Source: the human T2T-CHM13v2.0 reference genome, Homo sapiens
Reading direction: 5' to 3' (one strand)
NCBI RefSeq assembly: GCF_009914755.1
Contig: NC_060939.1
DNA length: 64,000 nt
A model generated the notes under the pieces. The model was not told the DNA's origin. It ran no database searches and worked only from the letters and a program-made list of their open reading frames with translations. Shown one piece after another: positions 63,121 to 64,000 of this stretch (the first letter of the stretch is position 1; each line of letters opens with the position of its first letter). The translations under genes were made by a program, and so were the position numbers.

Positions 63121-64000
63121 ACTATAGCTAGGATGAAAACTAACAAAGAAAATAGTCCAAAGATACTTGGGGCAAAAACAACAAAATAAAAAGCCTGGGT
63201 TTTTCCCAGTCTGGGACCTTGGCATTGAATTTGTTGGGTGGTCTGATCATTTATTCATGTGAGTTAGTTATTGTTTCACCTCATCCATTTATTTGCATTA
63301 TCTTTGCTCACACTCCCTGATGCTAATTCCCTCTGACAGACACATGGAGTATCTTCCATACCCTTCCAACATTGATTTTAGGATTTTATTGTGAAGAACC
63401 AAGTTGGGAAAGTTTATTTTTAATTGTTACAGAAAGAATATACATAATATATTATCATATTTTATAGTAATACTGTATTCTGGTGTGAATTTCAAATACA
63501 CTTAACATGGTGCTTATGAGCACAAACCATTGTCAGAGACACCCGAATTTGAATGCCAGCTTCATCATTTATTACTAATATGACCTTGGGCAAGTTACTT
63601 AACTCCTATAACCTTCTGTTTAGCTTAGGGGTAGGATTTAAATTCACTTACTTGTAAGCAGGTAATGTTCCAGTCCACAGAAGCAAAAATAAAGTTTTAG
63701 CATGGATAACTGTGCTACGATGAAATAATTTCTAAACAAATCATCATCATCATCACTTTAGATAATTACTGGATGTTAAGTTCCTTGCAGGCAGAGTTGT
63801 TCACTGCCCAACACATGGTACATAGAAGACAAATATCTATCTTGTCTACTTAAATAAATTAATTGTATGATCAATGGATCTTAACAAATGTGTATATTTG
63901 CTCTCAAATATAGAATTATAAATTGGCCTTTTAGTATAGGAATATAGTATCAGTATAAATTAATGTTAGGTCAGTGAGGTATCATATATCCCATTAAAAA

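Overview
Human (hominid) genomic DNA that I recognise as chromosome 15q13.3, with three genes in tandem on the + strand. (1) A GOLGA8-family golgin gene in the chr15 GOLGA core duplicon. I splice it by hand to 19 coding exons, 1899 nt, 632 aa. Its position next to ARHGAP11A suggests GOLGA8N. (2) The complete ARHGAP11A gene: 12 coding exons, 3072 nt, 1023 aa RhoGAP. It carries the ancestral C at c.661, so it is not ARHGAP11B. (3) The promoter, non-coding exon 1 and first coding exon of SCG5 (neuroendocrine protein 7B2), which runs off the window. The rest is Alu-dense intronic/intergenic DNA with older MIR, L2, L1M, MLT, MER20 and Tigger relics and an intronic 7SL retrocopy. I see no prokaryote-type system (CRISPR, defence island), and nothing I can honestly call a wholly new system. 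The most interesting signals are evolutionary. These include the latent ARHGAP11B splice donor with its pre-existing 47-codon alternative frame, and an in-frame ARHGAP11A-exon-9 to SCG5 junction. GOLGA8 has been remodelled from its GM130 ancestor (ATG>CTG, dead exons, compensating frameshifts, lost C-terminal motif), has a PRDM9 motif at its start, and has a direct repeat bracketing its 3'UTR. There is also an internal inversion inside a Tigger3b element and a tail-less AluY in the ARHGAP11A 3'UTR. Comparisons with GOLGA2, ARHGAP11B, 7SL and repeat consensi are from memory, not from a search. Repeat boundaries are approximate.
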